From contig JAMDAY010000004.1 of assembly GCA_023484515.1 (NCBI GenBank), positions 1 through 58,698 of the forward strand: 58,698 bases of DNA, read 5' to 3'. The DNA is from Patescibacteria group bacterium. Lineage in GTDB: Bacteria; Patescibacteriota; Doudnabacteria; UBA920. This document shows positions 1 through 9,623 of the stretch, piece after piece. The notes below the pieces were generated by a model. That model ran no database searches, was not told the DNA's origin, and saw only the letters and a list, made by a program, of their open reading frames with translations. Made by a program: the position numbers and the translations under genes. The number at the start of each line of letters is the position of its first letter. The stretch's first letter is position 1.

Positions 1-89
1 CACCGTAGAATCCATACCAAATTAAAAATGCCGCCAGCGGTTTACGCCCAAGCGGCGCGACTATTAACAACTAATCAGGTATCCGTTAA

Positions 90-623
90 ACTGTAGACAG
101 CGTTTACAAAGAATGGGATACATCCCACCATTGGCATTTTGTGGTTCGGCCCAGGCAAAACGGGGATACGGGAAAATTTTTTGGTAAATTCACTCAGAAA
201 GCCACTCAACGCTGGCATACCCAACATGGCACAGTCGGTAGCGGTCATTTGTTCCAAGGCAGGTTTAAGTCCTTTTTAGTTGAAAAAGACAATTATTTTC
301 TCCAGCTGGTCAAATATGTTGAAGGAAACGCCTTAAGGACAAAGATTGTAAAAAAAGCTGAAGATTGGCCGTGGTCTAGCCTGCATCTTAGGCTTAACGA
401 TCCGGTATTGACTGAACAGATACTCGCACCTTGGCCGATTGATAGACCCAAGGATTATCTAAAATTGGTTAATACCCCTTTGCCTAAAGTCCAATTAGAC
501 AATATTCATACTTCGGTTATTAAAAGCCGGCCATTAGGAAGTGAGATTTGGGTTAACCGGCAAATTGGAGAATATGATTTAGGTTATACCTTAAGAGAGC
601 GTGGCCGACCTAAACAAAAATAA
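90..623 (+). mobile_element. 5'-truncated REP-associated tyrosine transposase (RAYT / IS200-like Y1 HUH family), probable pseudogene
   Basis: Frame open from 90 reads ...HHWHFVV (HUH motif)...GHLFQGRFKS...KYVEGN...EDWPWSS. In-frame stops at 72 and 87 and no start codon upstream of the HUH motif, so the N-terminal part is missing. Confidence 0.8.
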
Positions 624-650
624 TGGGTCATGTCCCCATTGTCCCCATTT
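623..650. repeat. REP-like hairpin at the transposase 3' end
   Basis: aatggg-tcatgtc-cccatt followed by a second tgtccccatt. A similar aatgggatacatccc lies at 112-126. Confidence 0.5.
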
Positions 651-783
651 ATATGCTGGTAAGCCATGTAATTGTGGGTTTAATGGTAAAGTTTGTTGCT
701 TTAACCATCTTACCTTAATTACTGGCCCTTTTTAATGCCTGCGGAGGCGGTTGCACTTCAGATTAGAATTCGAGGACTGAAAC

Positions 784-812
784 TTGACAATATATTAAGG
801 GTGTGCTATAAT
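784..812 (+). promoter_or_regulatory. sigma70 promoter of the helicase gene
   Basis: TTGACA-N17-TATAAT perfect consensus with TGn extended -10. Confidence 0.85.
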
Positions 813-896
813 TATAGATATTAATCTTCAATAAACTCATTTTCTTAAGCGTATCCTTGGACCTTGAGATTCTCGGGTCAAAGGATTTTTAATTTT

Positions 897-2183
897 ATGC
901 AATCGCGGACATTTGACAATTTGGGGCTTGCGCCGAAAATCTTGGAAATATTAGACCGGTTAAATTTTAAAACGCCTACCCCCATTCAACACCAATCAAT
1001 CCCCCCGGCTCTGGCCGGCAAAGACATAATGGGAATTGCCCAAACCGGAACAGGCAAAACCCTGGCTTTTGGCATTCCGCTAATTCAAAGACTGGCCCAG
1101 TACAAGGGACAGGGCCTAATAATTTTGCCCACGCGCGAACTGGCCGTGCAAGTCAACGATTCCCTTTTGCAGGTTGGCCGATCTTTAGGCCTTAAGACCG
1201 CGGTGTTGATAGGCGGGGAAAATATGAATAAGCAAATCGGGCAGATTAAAAAAAGGCCGCATATAATAATTGCGACCCCGGGCCGGATGAACGACCATTT
1301 GGAACAAGGAACCGTCAGCCTGCACGAAGTAACGGCTGTAATTTTAGACGAGGCTGACCGCATGCTGGATATGGGCTTTGCCCCGCAAATTAGCCAAATC
1401 ATAAAAAAAGCCCCGGCCAAAAGGCAGACCATGCTGTTTTCCGCCACCATGCCGCAGGAAATAATGCATCTTGCCAATTCTTATATGCAATTGCCGGTAC
1501 GGGTGGAGGTGGCCCCTCCGGGCACGGCCGCAAGGACCGTAACCCAGGAACTGTTTTTCGTGCGCAAAGAAAACAAGCCTGCGCTTTTGGAAAATATTTT
1601 AAACGAATACAAAGGCAGCGTGCTGGTTTTTTCCCGCACTAAATTCGGCGCAAAAAGGATAGCCGCCAATATTAGGCGCCTGGGCTACGCCGCTGCGGAA
1701 ATCCATTCCAATCGTTCTTTAAACCAAAGGCTGGAAGCCTTGCGAGGATTTAAGCTGGGCAAATACCGCATATTGGTCGCTACGGATATTGCCGCGCGAG
1801 GCATTGACGTGGTGGGTATAGAATTGGTAATTAATTACGATTTGCCCCAGCACCCCGCCGATTACGTGCACCGCATCGGCAGAACCGGCCGGGCCGAACA
1901 TAACGGCCACGCCATTTCTTTTGCCACACCCGACCAAAACTTTGATGTACGGGCCATTGAGAGGCTCATTAAAAAGCAGTTGTCGGTATCCCAATTGCCG
2001 GTTTTGCCCGGGCAAAAAAACCAGCCCGAACCCGCCGCTAATTTTAAAAACTTTCACGCGCCCAGGCGGCAAGCGCCGACAAGCTACGACCGTAGCGGCA
2101 AAACCCGGTCAGCGCTGGGACCCGGACGGCATAAATCCAAAAATTACCACAGACCGGGTTTTGCCCACAGGCGTTTCCGGTAA
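897..2183 (+). CDS. DEAD-box RNA helicase (RhlE-like)
   Basis: Q motif (PTPIQ), GTGKT, PTRELA, DEAD, SAT, YVHRIGRTGRA. ATG at 897 preferred over the track start. Confidence 0.95.
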   Translation: MQSRTFDNLGLAPKILEILDRLNFKTPTPIQHQSIPPALAGKDIMGIAQTGTGKTLAFGIPLIQRLAQYKGQGLIILPTRELAVQVNDSLLQVGRSLGLKTAVLIGGENMNKQIGQIKKRPHIIIATPGRMNDHLEQGTVSLHEVTAVILDEADRMLDMGFAPQISQIIKKAPAKRQTMLFSATMPQEIMHLANSYMQLPVRVEVAPPGTAARTVTQELFFVRKENKPALLENILNEYKGSVLVFSRTKFGAKRIAANIRRLGYAAAEIHSNRSLNQRLEALRGFKLGKYRILVATDIAARGIDVVGIELVINYDLPQHPADYVHRIGRTGRAEHNGHAISFATPDQNFDVRAIERLIKKQLSVSQLPVLPGQKNQPEPAANFKNFHAPRRQAPTSYDRSGKTRSALGPGRHKSKNYHRPGFAHRRFR

Positions 2184-2264
2184 AATTGCATGGTAAATTT
2201 TTAGGTTAACCGGTTTCGTCCGTCAGTCAGGAAGATTTCCAAGGGCAGGCCATGTTCTAACCAA

Positions 2265-2295
2265 AGAACATCAGTTAAAACTGGTGTTTTTTGTT
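2265..2295 (+). terminator. Intrinsic terminator
   Basis: aacatcagtt-aa-aactggtgtt stem followed by a T-run. Confidence 0.7.
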
Positions 2296-2392
2296 TTGCA
2301 GCAAAACGGGGTTTGCCCGGCTTTGCTGGGCTTACGGCATGAATGCCTGACAATTATTTCCGCAATATCCGTCTTAATCTACAAAGGCGACC

Positions 2393-3181
2393 TTGAAAAT
2401 GTTTAACCAACCGGTCAGCAAAACAAAATATATTCTCGGGCTTGCCATTACCTTGGGAGCAATATATTCCCAATACTTGCTGGGAATTTTCGGCAAGCCT
2501 TGGCGCCTGTTTTACGTTTACGGCATCCCTATTTTGGGTATAACGCTGTTAATGAAATCGGCCATTTTTAAAAAAGCCCTAACCAACAACAAGACTGCCT
2601 TAAAATTCGGCCTGGCGTATTACGGCTTATTCACTCTGCTTGGCTTTGGGGCGGCAAGCCTGGTGTTTTATTTAATCGGCCGGCTGGACCCTTCAGCAAT
2701 AGATCTTCTCAATAAGCCAAACCCTGTTTTGCATGTCAGCCTCCAATATGCCAAGATAATGGTTTTTTTGTCTTTCGTGGTCATCGGGCCGGCCGAAGAA
2801 TTTATTTTCCGCGGGTTCGTGTTCGGCGGTTTGCTTAATATGTCCAAAGGCCGCCGCTGGCTAACTTTGGCGTTGCTCTCTTCCCTCATTTTTGCCGGAG
2901 CGCATTTATACTATATTTTGGTTTATGGCGTTAACTCCATCGGCTTTTTAATAGATATTACGGCATTTGCCTTGGCCATGTGTTTTACTTATTATTTGTC
3001 CGGCGGCAATTTGCTGGTTCCGGCCATGCTGCACGGTTTTTACGACGCCACCGGATTTTTGTCCATAGCGGCTCCGTCTTTCCCGGCCATGTGGCTAAGA
3101 TACGGCGCGGCCGGTTTGGGATTTTTAATTTTTTTAAAAATATTCATCCAAAAATTTCGGCAGCGGCGCCAGGCAGCCTGA
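2393..3181 (+). CDS. CPBP (CAAX/Abi) intramembrane glutamic endopeptidase
   Basis: Multi-TM protein with EExxxR (AEEFIFRG), FAGAH and HGFYD motifs. Confidence 0.9.
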   Translation: MKMFNQPVSKTKYILGLAITLGAIYSQYLLGIFGKPWRLFYVYGIPILGITLLMKSAIFKKALTNNKTALKFGLAYYGLFTLLGFGAASLVFYLIGRLDPSAIDLLNKPNPVLHVSLQYAKIMVFLSFVVIGPAEEFIFRGFVFGGLLNMSKGRRWLTLALLSSLIFAGAHLYYILVYGVNSIGFLIDITAFALAMCFTYYLSGGNLLVPAMLHGFYDATGFLSIAAPSFPAMWLRYGAAGLGFLIFLKIFIQKFRQRRQAA

Positions 3182-3293
3182 TTAAGCTTAAATAAATATC
3201 AATTCATATAGGTATATTTTTATCCCTATTTAAAGCCTAATAAATTCCCAAATAACATGCTATAATGCTGTTGTAACAATTAAAACAAAAACC

Positions 3294-3482
3294 ATGAAAA
3301 TTTTTAAAACCTGGGTTTTTCCCTGGTGGGAAGTGGGCTTGATAAAAATCTGCCTGCTTTCGCTGGGCATTATTCTTGCCGTGTATTTCCAAGAATTTTT
3401 TTCCGGCCTTCTGTGGCTGTGGTGGGCTTTATTCGCCGCAACCGGAGTTTATTTTATTGCCCGGATAATCAAGGAAAAGTAA
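3294..3482 (+). CDS. Small two-TM membrane protein
   Basis: 62 aa hydrophobic ORF, preceded by TGCTATAAT. Confidence 0.7.
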   Translation: MKIFKTWVFPWWEVGLIKICLLSLGIILAVYFQEFFSGLLWLWWALFAATGVYFIARIIKEK

Positions 3483-3492
3483 TTTTTACAAT

Positions 3493-3654
3493 ATGGAAAA
3501 AATTAAAATTGAAAACCATAGCTTTACCGCCTTTTCCTGGTTTGCCGCCTGGGTCTTTACCATCGGATTTTTACATCTCTCATTCTGGCAAGGCGTACTG
3601 GCCATTGTAATTTGGCCATACTACATTGGCAGGTTCGTTAGCACTTTGCTGTAA
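3493..3654 (+). CDS. Small membrane protein, 53 aa (not in the ORF track)
   Basis: My translation: MEKIKIENHSFTAFSWFAAWVFTIGFLHLSFWQGVLAIVIWPYYIGRFVSTLL*. Starts 10 nt after the previous stop. Confidence 0.7.
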   Translation: MEKIKIENHSFTAFSWFAAWVFTIGFLHLSFWQGVLAIVIWPYYIGRFVSTLL

Positions 3655-3710
3655 CCTATATATTAATCCAAAAACCGTAAATTATTTTTTGGAAGTTTTA
3701 TTAATGGCAA

Positions 3711-3738
3711 TGTTACCTTTTGTATACTTGATCGTAAT
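3711..3738 (+). promoter_or_regulatory. Putative ECF-sigma promoter, copy 1
   Basis: TGTTAC-N16-CGTAAT. Same motif and spacing at 9513-9540 (-) and 11290-11317 (+). Confidence 0.65.
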
Positions 3739-3766
3739 ATTAGATGTGATTAATTAACGTGCTAAT

Positions 3767-4174
3767 ATGAAAAAAATATTATTGTTTGCGGCGGCCGTAA
3801 TTGTCTTAGCCGGGCTGGCGGTTATTGTTCTTAATTACGCCGGCAAAATAAGCAAAGACAGCGCGGCCCAGGCCGAAAAAACCACGGCAGGACAGGTGGC
3901 CGAAGCTTTTGCCAAAAAATACAACCGCCCCGCCAGTTCGGTAAATCTGGAGGTCAAGGCCGACACCGGAACCTTTGCCAAAGGCCTGGTCAGCTTTGCG
4001 GGCGAAATGGGCGGCGGAGTCTGGTTTGCCGCCAAAACTTCCAGCGGCTGGGAACTGGTCTTTGACGGCAACGGCATTATTCCCTGCGATGCGGCAAATA
4101 AGTACAACCTGCCTATAGATATGGCGCCGCAGTGCATTGACACCGGCAATAACAACAATCTTGTCCAAAGGTAA
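3767..4174 (+). CDS. Membrane-anchored/secreted hypothetical protein
   Basis: N-terminal hydrophobic anchor and a two-Cys C-terminal domain. Confidence 0.8.
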   Translation: MKKILLFAAAVIVLAGLAVIVLNYAGKISKDSAAQAEKTTAGQVAEAFAKKYNRPASSVNLEVKADTGTFAKGLVSFAGEMGGGVWFAAKTSSGWELVFDGNGIIPCDAANKYNLPIDMAPQCIDTGNNNNLVQR

Positions 4175-4401
4175 GCCCTTGCCAAAAGCGCCGCGTTAGC
4201 GGCGCTTTAATTTCGCCCAGGCATCTATATGGGGTCTGCATGTTAAGTTGGACGATTTTTCTCACCAGAAAGGCAAAATGAGTTCTGCTTATCTTACAGG
4301 GCTCAATAGCAGCCTCAAACTTTGTCCTTGCCTTAGTTGCGGCAAGCGGTATAAAGCTGTAAAATGTTCATAGTTACAATTAACTGCTAAGAAACAAAAA
4401 C

Positions 4402-6768
4402 ATGGACAACAATGCAAGCCAGCAAGACCCGCAGGCGGCGCAGCCGGCGGCCTCGCTGCCGATAAAATGGTATAAGCGCAAAACCGTCGCGGCTGCCGCA
4501 ATTTTGGCCCTTTTGGCCGGAGCCGCGGTTTTAGCCTGGCAAAAAGGATGGCTGCCGCCAGGCCAAAACCAAAATGCCAAAATAGTTTCCAATTTTACGG
4601 AACAAACCGCGGACTTAAATGAAATTGCCAATTACGGCGACATCTTAAAAAAATACAACCTGCAGCTAAGCCCGGGACAGGAAAAATATTTAAACCAAAA
4701 TAAATTCCTGTTGATAGATGCCGGCAGCACCAATTTGGCCGCTAGCGGCAACGGTTACGACGAAATGCTGGCTTACTTTGACCGCTTGGGCGGCAACCCC
4801 AACATGTATTACCGCACGCAGGCTGACACCGTGCTGGTTACGCCGGACATAGTTTTACACGCCTATCACAAATTTTTTGACCTTGCGTTGAAAGACTTGG
4901 AAGAACATCAGCTAGGAGGCCAGCTCGCGCAATTCGTTAAAGGCATGTATGACAACGCTGACGCGCAAGTAAAACAACAAACGGGAAGCGCCCGCGACCA
5001 TTATCAAAAAATTTTGGCGCAAATTACCGTAGCCAGAGTATTGCTGGAAAACCAGGCGCCGGCCAAGCCCGATTTTTTTGCCACTCCCCAAGAGGAAGCC
5101 GACTACCAAAAACTGGACAGCCGGGACAACTTTGCCAACGCCAAAATTATTTTAGCCAAGTATTCCGGGGAATTGCCTCCTGTTTTGGCAGAGGCGGCCA
5201 GCCAGGAGCTGCAATACATTTACGAAGCCAAAAGCGTAGCCAATTCCCCGCTGTTTAACGGCTATAACCCGGACATTAAGGCCGATTACACGCAATACAC
5301 GCCGCGCAGCCATTACACCGAAACTTCTTCCTTGCGCGCTTATTTCCGGACCATGATGTATTTTGGCCGCAATGCCTATTATTTTAAAAGCGATGACGGC
5401 ATAATTGACGCGGCCCTGGCCAACTCGCTGTTTGCCATGCCGGAGCAGGACGGAACAAGGCCAATAGATTTCTGGAATAAGATTATGGCCGTAACCGGAT
5501 TTTTTGCCGGCCAGAGCGACGACTTAACATATCCCGAAGTTTTGGAATGGATAAACAAAATCCTGCCGTCCGGGCAAGCAGACATTGGCAGCGGCGACAA
5601 CTCCGCAACCGGCCGTTTGGCGGCAAACGTTTGGCAACTGCGGCTGCCCAAAGTGCTTTCCGACGCCATTGTCAGCCCCCAAGTCTTTACCATGGACAAA
5701 AACGACTTGCTGCGCAGCACGTTAGGTTTTAGAATTTTCGGGCAAAGGTTTACCTTTGACGCCTGGCTCTTTACCCAGCTTACGGCCGGCCAGGAAAAGA
5801 CCGAAGTCAAACTGCCGTCCACGCCTTCGGCCTTGTTTGTACCCGCCGCATTTGGAAGCGCCGAAGCTATAAATTACGCCAAACAATTCTTAAAAAATGA
5901 TGCGGGATTCAGCGACCAGGAAGCCGAAGCGTTTATTGGCAAGCTGGATCAGCAGGCCGCATCGCTTGCGGCCGTCCCCCAGGAACAATGGCAAAGCTCG
6001 CTGGGTACGTCGTGGCTGAATTTGCTTTCCACGCTTACCAAAACTTACGGGCAGGACTATCCTTTATACATGCAATCGCAATATTTTTCTGACAAGCAGA
6101 TCCAAACTTTTCTGGGATCTTACACCGAAATGAAACACGACACCTTGCTTTACGCCAAACAAAGTTACGCGGAATTGGGCGGAGGCGCCGGGGACGACTT
6201 GGAATTGCCGCCCACGGTAAAAGGTTTTGTGGAACCGAACCTGCAATTCTGGGATAACCTGAAAAACCTGGTGTCCCTAAACCAAAAAATGTTCAATGAC
6301 AACGGCTTAAGCCAAAGTCCGGCAATGGCGCGCTTAAACAACTTCCAGCAGCAGGTGGAATTCTTATCCGGCATAGCGCAAAAAGAAATGCAGGGACAAG
6401 CAATTAGCGACGACGACTACGAACAGTTAAGGCGCACCAGCTTTTCTTATTTGGCCGTCCCTTTTGAAGGCAGGGCCGTAGACGACCCTGACTTGGCCCG
6501 CAGCGCGCTTATTGCGGACGTGCATACCGACACGGTCAAAGGCCAAGTGCTGTACGAAGCCACGAGCAAGCCTTACCTGATGCTGGCCATTGTCGGCGAC
6601 GCCAATAGCCCGCGCCTGGCCGCAAGCATTGCCTTTAACCATTACGAATTTACCGGACCCTGGGGAGGAAACCGGCTCACGGACGAAGACTGGAAAAAAA
6701 CAGTTTACGAAAACCCCGACCAACTGCCTGCCAAAAATTTCTGGTACCAAAACTTGTCGGTTAAGTAG
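4402..6768 (+). CDS. DUF3160-family secreted protein
   Basis: 788 aa with N-terminal anchor; PRSHYT and KHDTLLYAKQSYAE motifs typical of DUF3160. Confidence 0.85.
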   Translation: MDNNASQQDPQAAQPAASLPIKWYKRKTVAAAAILALLAGAAVLAWQKGWLPPGQNQNAKIVSNFTEQTADLNEIANYGDILKKYNLQLSPGQEKYLNQNKFLLIDAGSTNLAASGNGYDEMLAYFDRLGGNPNMYYRTQADTVLVTPDIVLHAYHKFFDLALKDLEEHQLGGQLAQFVKGMYDNADAQVKQQTGSARDHYQKILAQITVARVLLENQAPAKPDFFATPQEEADYQKLDSRDNFANAKIILAKYSGELPPVLAEAASQELQYIYEAKSVANSPLFNGYNPDIKADYTQYTPRSHYTETSSLRAYFRTMMYFGRNAYYFKSDDGIIDAALANSLFAMPEQDGTRPIDFWNKIMAVTGFFAGQSDDLTYPEVLEWINKILPSGQADIGSGDNSATGRLAANVWQLRLPKVLSDAIVSPQVFTMDKNDLLRSTLGFRIFGQRFTFDAWLFTQLTAGQEKTEVKLPSTPSALFVPAAFGSAEAINYAKQFLKNDAGFSDQEAEAFIGKLDQQAASLAAVPQEQWQSSLGTSWLNLLSTLTKTYGQDYPLYMQSQYFSDKQIQTFLGSYTEMKHDTLLYAKQSYAELGGGAGDDLELPPTVKGFVEPNLQFWDNLKNLVSLNQKMFNDNGLSQSPAMARLNNFQQQVEFLSGIAQKEMQGQAISDDDYEQLRRTSFSYLAVPFEGRAVDDPDLARSALIADVHTDTVKGQVLYEATSKPYLMLAIVGDANSPRLAASIAFNHYEFTGPWGGNRLTDEDWKKTVYENPDQLPAKNFWYQNLSVK

Positions 6769-6929
6769 AGGTGGTCTAAAAACTCGCTTTGTAGGCGAAA
6801 TTGCAAAATTTCGAGGCAGTTGGGACAAATAAATTTTGATGTTTAGCCGTAGGCTAAGCGGAGAAATTTTTTGGCCCAAATGGCCGAAATTTTGCAATTG
6901 CAGCCCAAATGGAGTTTTTAGACAGCCTC
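6768..6929. repeat. 162-bp imperfect palindrome (MITE-like)
   Basis: Ends gaggtggtctaaaaactc / gagtttttagacagcctc; inner perfect arms aattgcaaaatttcg / cgaaattttgcaatt. Confidence 0.8.
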
Positions 6930-6942
6930 ATAAGATATTTAA

Positions 6943-7869
6943 ATGAAATTCCCGGCAAAAAAATTAAAAATTATCTTGCTTTTGGCAATTGCGTTGCTGG
7001 CAACGCTGCCTGCCTGCCAATTCCTTAAGGAAAAAACTTTGACAAAAGGCTCTCCTGCTTCGCAGGAGAGCCTTTTTCCCGAAACCGGCCCCATACCGGC
7101 CCAGTTTAACGACAAAAATTTCTTTCTTACCGCCATTAAACAGTCCAAAGCCCGGCCTTTAACCCAGCGGATAACCGGGATAGTTGTGCCTCACCATTTG
7201 CTGGCGCGTAACATAATTGCCGACGCGTTTGCCCTTGCTTCCCAAAGCCAGTATGACCGCGTAATTATTCTAAGCCCGGACCATTATTTTTTGGGCAAGA
7301 CCGAAATTTCCTATGCCGCACAAGATTTTAATACGGTGTTCGGCGTGCTGCAAACCGATCAAAATTTTATAAAAAAATTGTCCATGGTCTCCGCAACCGG
7401 CAGCGCCGGCTTTTTTTACCGCGAACACGGCATTGGCGCGGAGCTTCCGTTTATAAAATACTTTTTTCCCAACGCGAAAATTATTGCCATAACGTTAAAT
7501 ATAAACGCCCGGCCGCGTGACTTGCGGGGACTGGTTGATTTTTTAAAAGTCAACATTAACAACAGGACCTTGCTGATCCAAAGCACGGACTTTTCCCATT
7601 ATTTGCCTGCGGAAAATGCCGGACAAAAGGACGAACAAACCGTTAACTTGCTGCGGGAAATAAACGAAGGCGCAGACCCGCAAATTTTATATCAATTAAG
7701 CCAGCCGGACAATATAGATTGCATTGCCTGCCAATATGTGCAAAGCGCTGTCCAGCAGCAATTGTTCAAAACGCAGGCGCACATTATTGCCCACCAAAAT
7801 TCCCAAGATTATTCCGCAGAGCCGCTAATAAAAGAAACCACCAGCTATATTTCCCAGGTTTACTATTGA
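6943..7869 (+). CDS. Memo-like protein (AmmeMemoRadiSam protein B family), membrane-anchored
   Basis: IVVPHH, SPDH, EHGIGAELPFIKY, QSTDFSHY motifs; N-terminal signal. Confidence 0.85.
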   Translation: MKFPAKKLKIILLLAIALLATLPACQFLKEKTLTKGSPASQESLFPETGPIPAQFNDKNFFLTAIKQSKARPLTQRITGIVVPHHLLARNIIADAFALASQSQYDRVIILSPDHYFLGKTEISYAAQDFNTVFGVLQTDQNFIKKLSMVSATGSAGFFYREHGIGAELPFIKYFFPNAKIIAITLNINARPRDLRGLVDFLKVNINNRTLLIQSTDFSHYLPAENAGQKDEQTVNLLREINEGADPQILYQLSQPDNIDCIACQYVQSAVQQQLFKTQAHIIAHQNSQDYSAEPLIKETTSYISQVYY

Positions 7870-7976
7870 GAGGCAGGGCTTTAACAATGTAGCGTGCCGA
7901 TTTATCGGCAGATGATCAATTGATTGTATCCAATTTATCGGCTGTTGATTAACCAGATGCCCATTGTAAAAGGAGG

Positions 7977-8195
7977 GTGAAGGCAGCCTTCCGGGATTTG
8001 CCTTCTAAAGTCAGATTGATGATGATCAATGTCCAATAATCTAAAGTCTGTTTGTCCCGGAAGGCTGCCTTCACTGCCATGGACCAATAAAATCAAAAAT
8101 AAAAATAACTGTCTCCTGAACACCACAACACGTGTTGTGGTGTTCCCCAATAGGCAGGCTTAAGGCTTATTGGAGGTTTTTTAAGGTTTTTTTCC
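7977..8195 (+). repeat. Structured dispersed element, copy A
   Basis: 20-bp perfect stem 7977-7996/8055-8074 around a 58-nt loop; perfect 28-bp palindrome 8118-8145; tail shared with copies C and D. Confidence 0.85.
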
Positions 8196-8197
8196 TA

Positions 8198-8445
8198 TGT
8201 CATTGCAAGTCCCGTGTCATTGCGTCCCCTTGGTGTCGTTGCGAGGCAAGGGCTTTGTCTTGCCGAAGCAATCTTTTCCTTGGGATAGATTGCTTCGCTC
8301 GGATGCACTCGCTCGCAATGACACCGCGCTTTATGTGCCATTGCGAGGCACGTCGCTCGCGAGCGACGTGCCTAAGAGTCAGGGCTTTATTTTTACCGAC
8401 GACTTGTCCCACGTAGCTTTAGCGAAGTCGGGAGCAGCCCAATGA
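8198..8445. repeat. Cluster of GTC-type REP-like palindromes
   Basis: Repeated gtcattgcgag...gaagcaatc...gattgcttc...ctcgcaatgac units. About 46 nt are near-identical, reverse-complemented, to 40558-40603. Confidence 0.85.
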
Positions 8446-8523
8446 ATGGGGCAACTACATCTTAAGACAAGCCTTCGCAATGAGCACAAAGGCTATCATA
8501 TGCATCCAGGTGAAGTAATATGG

Positions 8524-9363
8524 CTACTGTTTCCAGCCAAGAGCTTCCAGGGCGGCGGCGTCTGACGCCGGCACAGTAGCAGTAAAAGAATAGCTTTTCG
8601 GGCAGGCGTAGCAGGCATTGCAGGTCGCGTTGCCAGAGTCTGCGCGGCTGGCGGAATTTATTTGCAGGGAATGCGCCTGGCCGTAATAAGCCATTATTAG
8701 TTCTTCGTCCGTGGGTTCCTTAATAAACTTTATACCGCCTTCGCTGTACCATTTCTGCCAGGGTTCGTCCTCGCACTGCATAGGCTGGAAGGTTAGCTGC
8801 ACCGTCCCCTGCTGTGCCGGAGAGGTGGTCGCTGCCGGCGCCGGATTGGAAACGGCGGGGGGCGTGTCTGTTATTAAATTAAAGTTCGTAATTTTAACCT
8901 TGCCGTCCTGCAAACTGTAGTTAAACTGCGCGCGAAACTGGTTATGGCCGTCTTCGTAAGTTACTTCCGCCTTGGTGGAGGAAATAACTTTCAAATCCGC
9001 CACGTAAAACTTGCCGCCCAAAACTTCCTTTTCCGGAGACAACGCGGATAAATTGTCGCGCAGATAATTCTTTAAAGCGTCGTCTGTGGTGCAGGCTTCT
9101 TCCCAGGTCCGCAAGCATTTTTGCTTGGCTTCGCACCAGCTGTATCCGGCCGCTATTAAACACCCGCGCTCGTCCTTTTGGCCCCCAATTACTTGCTCAT
9201 CCGAATTTTGGTTGGCCTGATTATCCGGACTTTGGCCGGATTGATCGTCCACCAGTTTGTTTTGGTCAACTGCCTTGTGTGTAAAGAGATACGGCCTGGC
9301 AGCCACCATCCCTCCGGCCGCCACGGCTCCGGCCAAAATAATATAAAAATAAATTTTTTTCAT
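8524..9363 (-). CDS. Secreted Cys-containing surface protein
   Basis: N-terminal anchor, GGQKDERGCLIAAGYSWCEAKQKCLRTWEEAC module, C-terminal CxxC domain. Confidence 0.85.
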   Translation of the reverse strand: MKKIYFYIILAGAVAAGGMVAARPYLFTHKAVDQNKLVDDQSGQSPDNQANQNSDEQVIGGQKDERGCLIAAGYSWCEAKQKCLRTWEEACTTDDALKNYLRDNLSALSPEKEVLGGKFYVADLKVISSTKAEVTYEDGHNQFRAQFNYSLQDGKVKITNFNLITDTPPAVSNPAPAATTSPAQQGTVQLTFQPMQCEDEPWQKWYSEGGIKFIKEPTDEELIMAYYGQAHSLQINSASRADSGNATCNACYACPKSYSFTATVPASDAAALEALGWKQ

Positions 9364-9390
9364 AGGTTTTGTTTAATGTTTAATGTTCAA

Positions 9391-9488
9391 TTGAAGGGTC
9401 TCTTCTGGGATAAGCCTTCCTAAATAGCCTGATAATAATCACTGTATTAATAATCTAAAGCCTGTTAGTCCCAGAAGAGACCCTTCAA
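9391..9488 (+). repeat. Structured dispersed element, copy B (first stem-loop only)
   Basis: 20-bp perfect stem ttgaagggtctcttctggga / tcccagaagagacccttcaa; 58-nt loop alignable to copy A. Confidence 0.85.
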
Positions 9489-9512
9489 GGAAGCAAATAC
9501 CCCTTATATTAT

Positions 9513-9540
9513 ACTACGAAACTCCGGCTTAATAGTAACA
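9513..9540 (-). promoter_or_regulatory. Putative ECF-sigma promoter, copy 2
   Basis: Minus strand TGTTAC-N16-CGTAGT, upstream of the 9363 start. Confidence 0.6.
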
Positions 9541-9623
9541 AATAAAAAAACCTTCCAAATCCACAATAAGCTTGCGGGCTTAGAAGGAGGCGGGATGCAA
9601 ATAGGGCTGTCCCGCCAAAGGGG

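Noticed and set aside
2200-2262. SRP (4.5S) RNA after the helicase
   Set aside because: Contains GGAA but lacks the helix-8 symmetric loop context; more likely 3' UTR structure.
3273-3278. Fourth ECF promoter (gtaaca)
   Set aside because: No matching CGTA box at the 16-nt spacing.
8132-8445. Overlapping ORFs 8132-8416, 8197-8445 and 8200-8412
   Set aside because: They translate the GTC-type palindromes (VIASECIRAKQS-like strings); the same pseudo-peptides recur at 40306-40671. Repeat artefacts.
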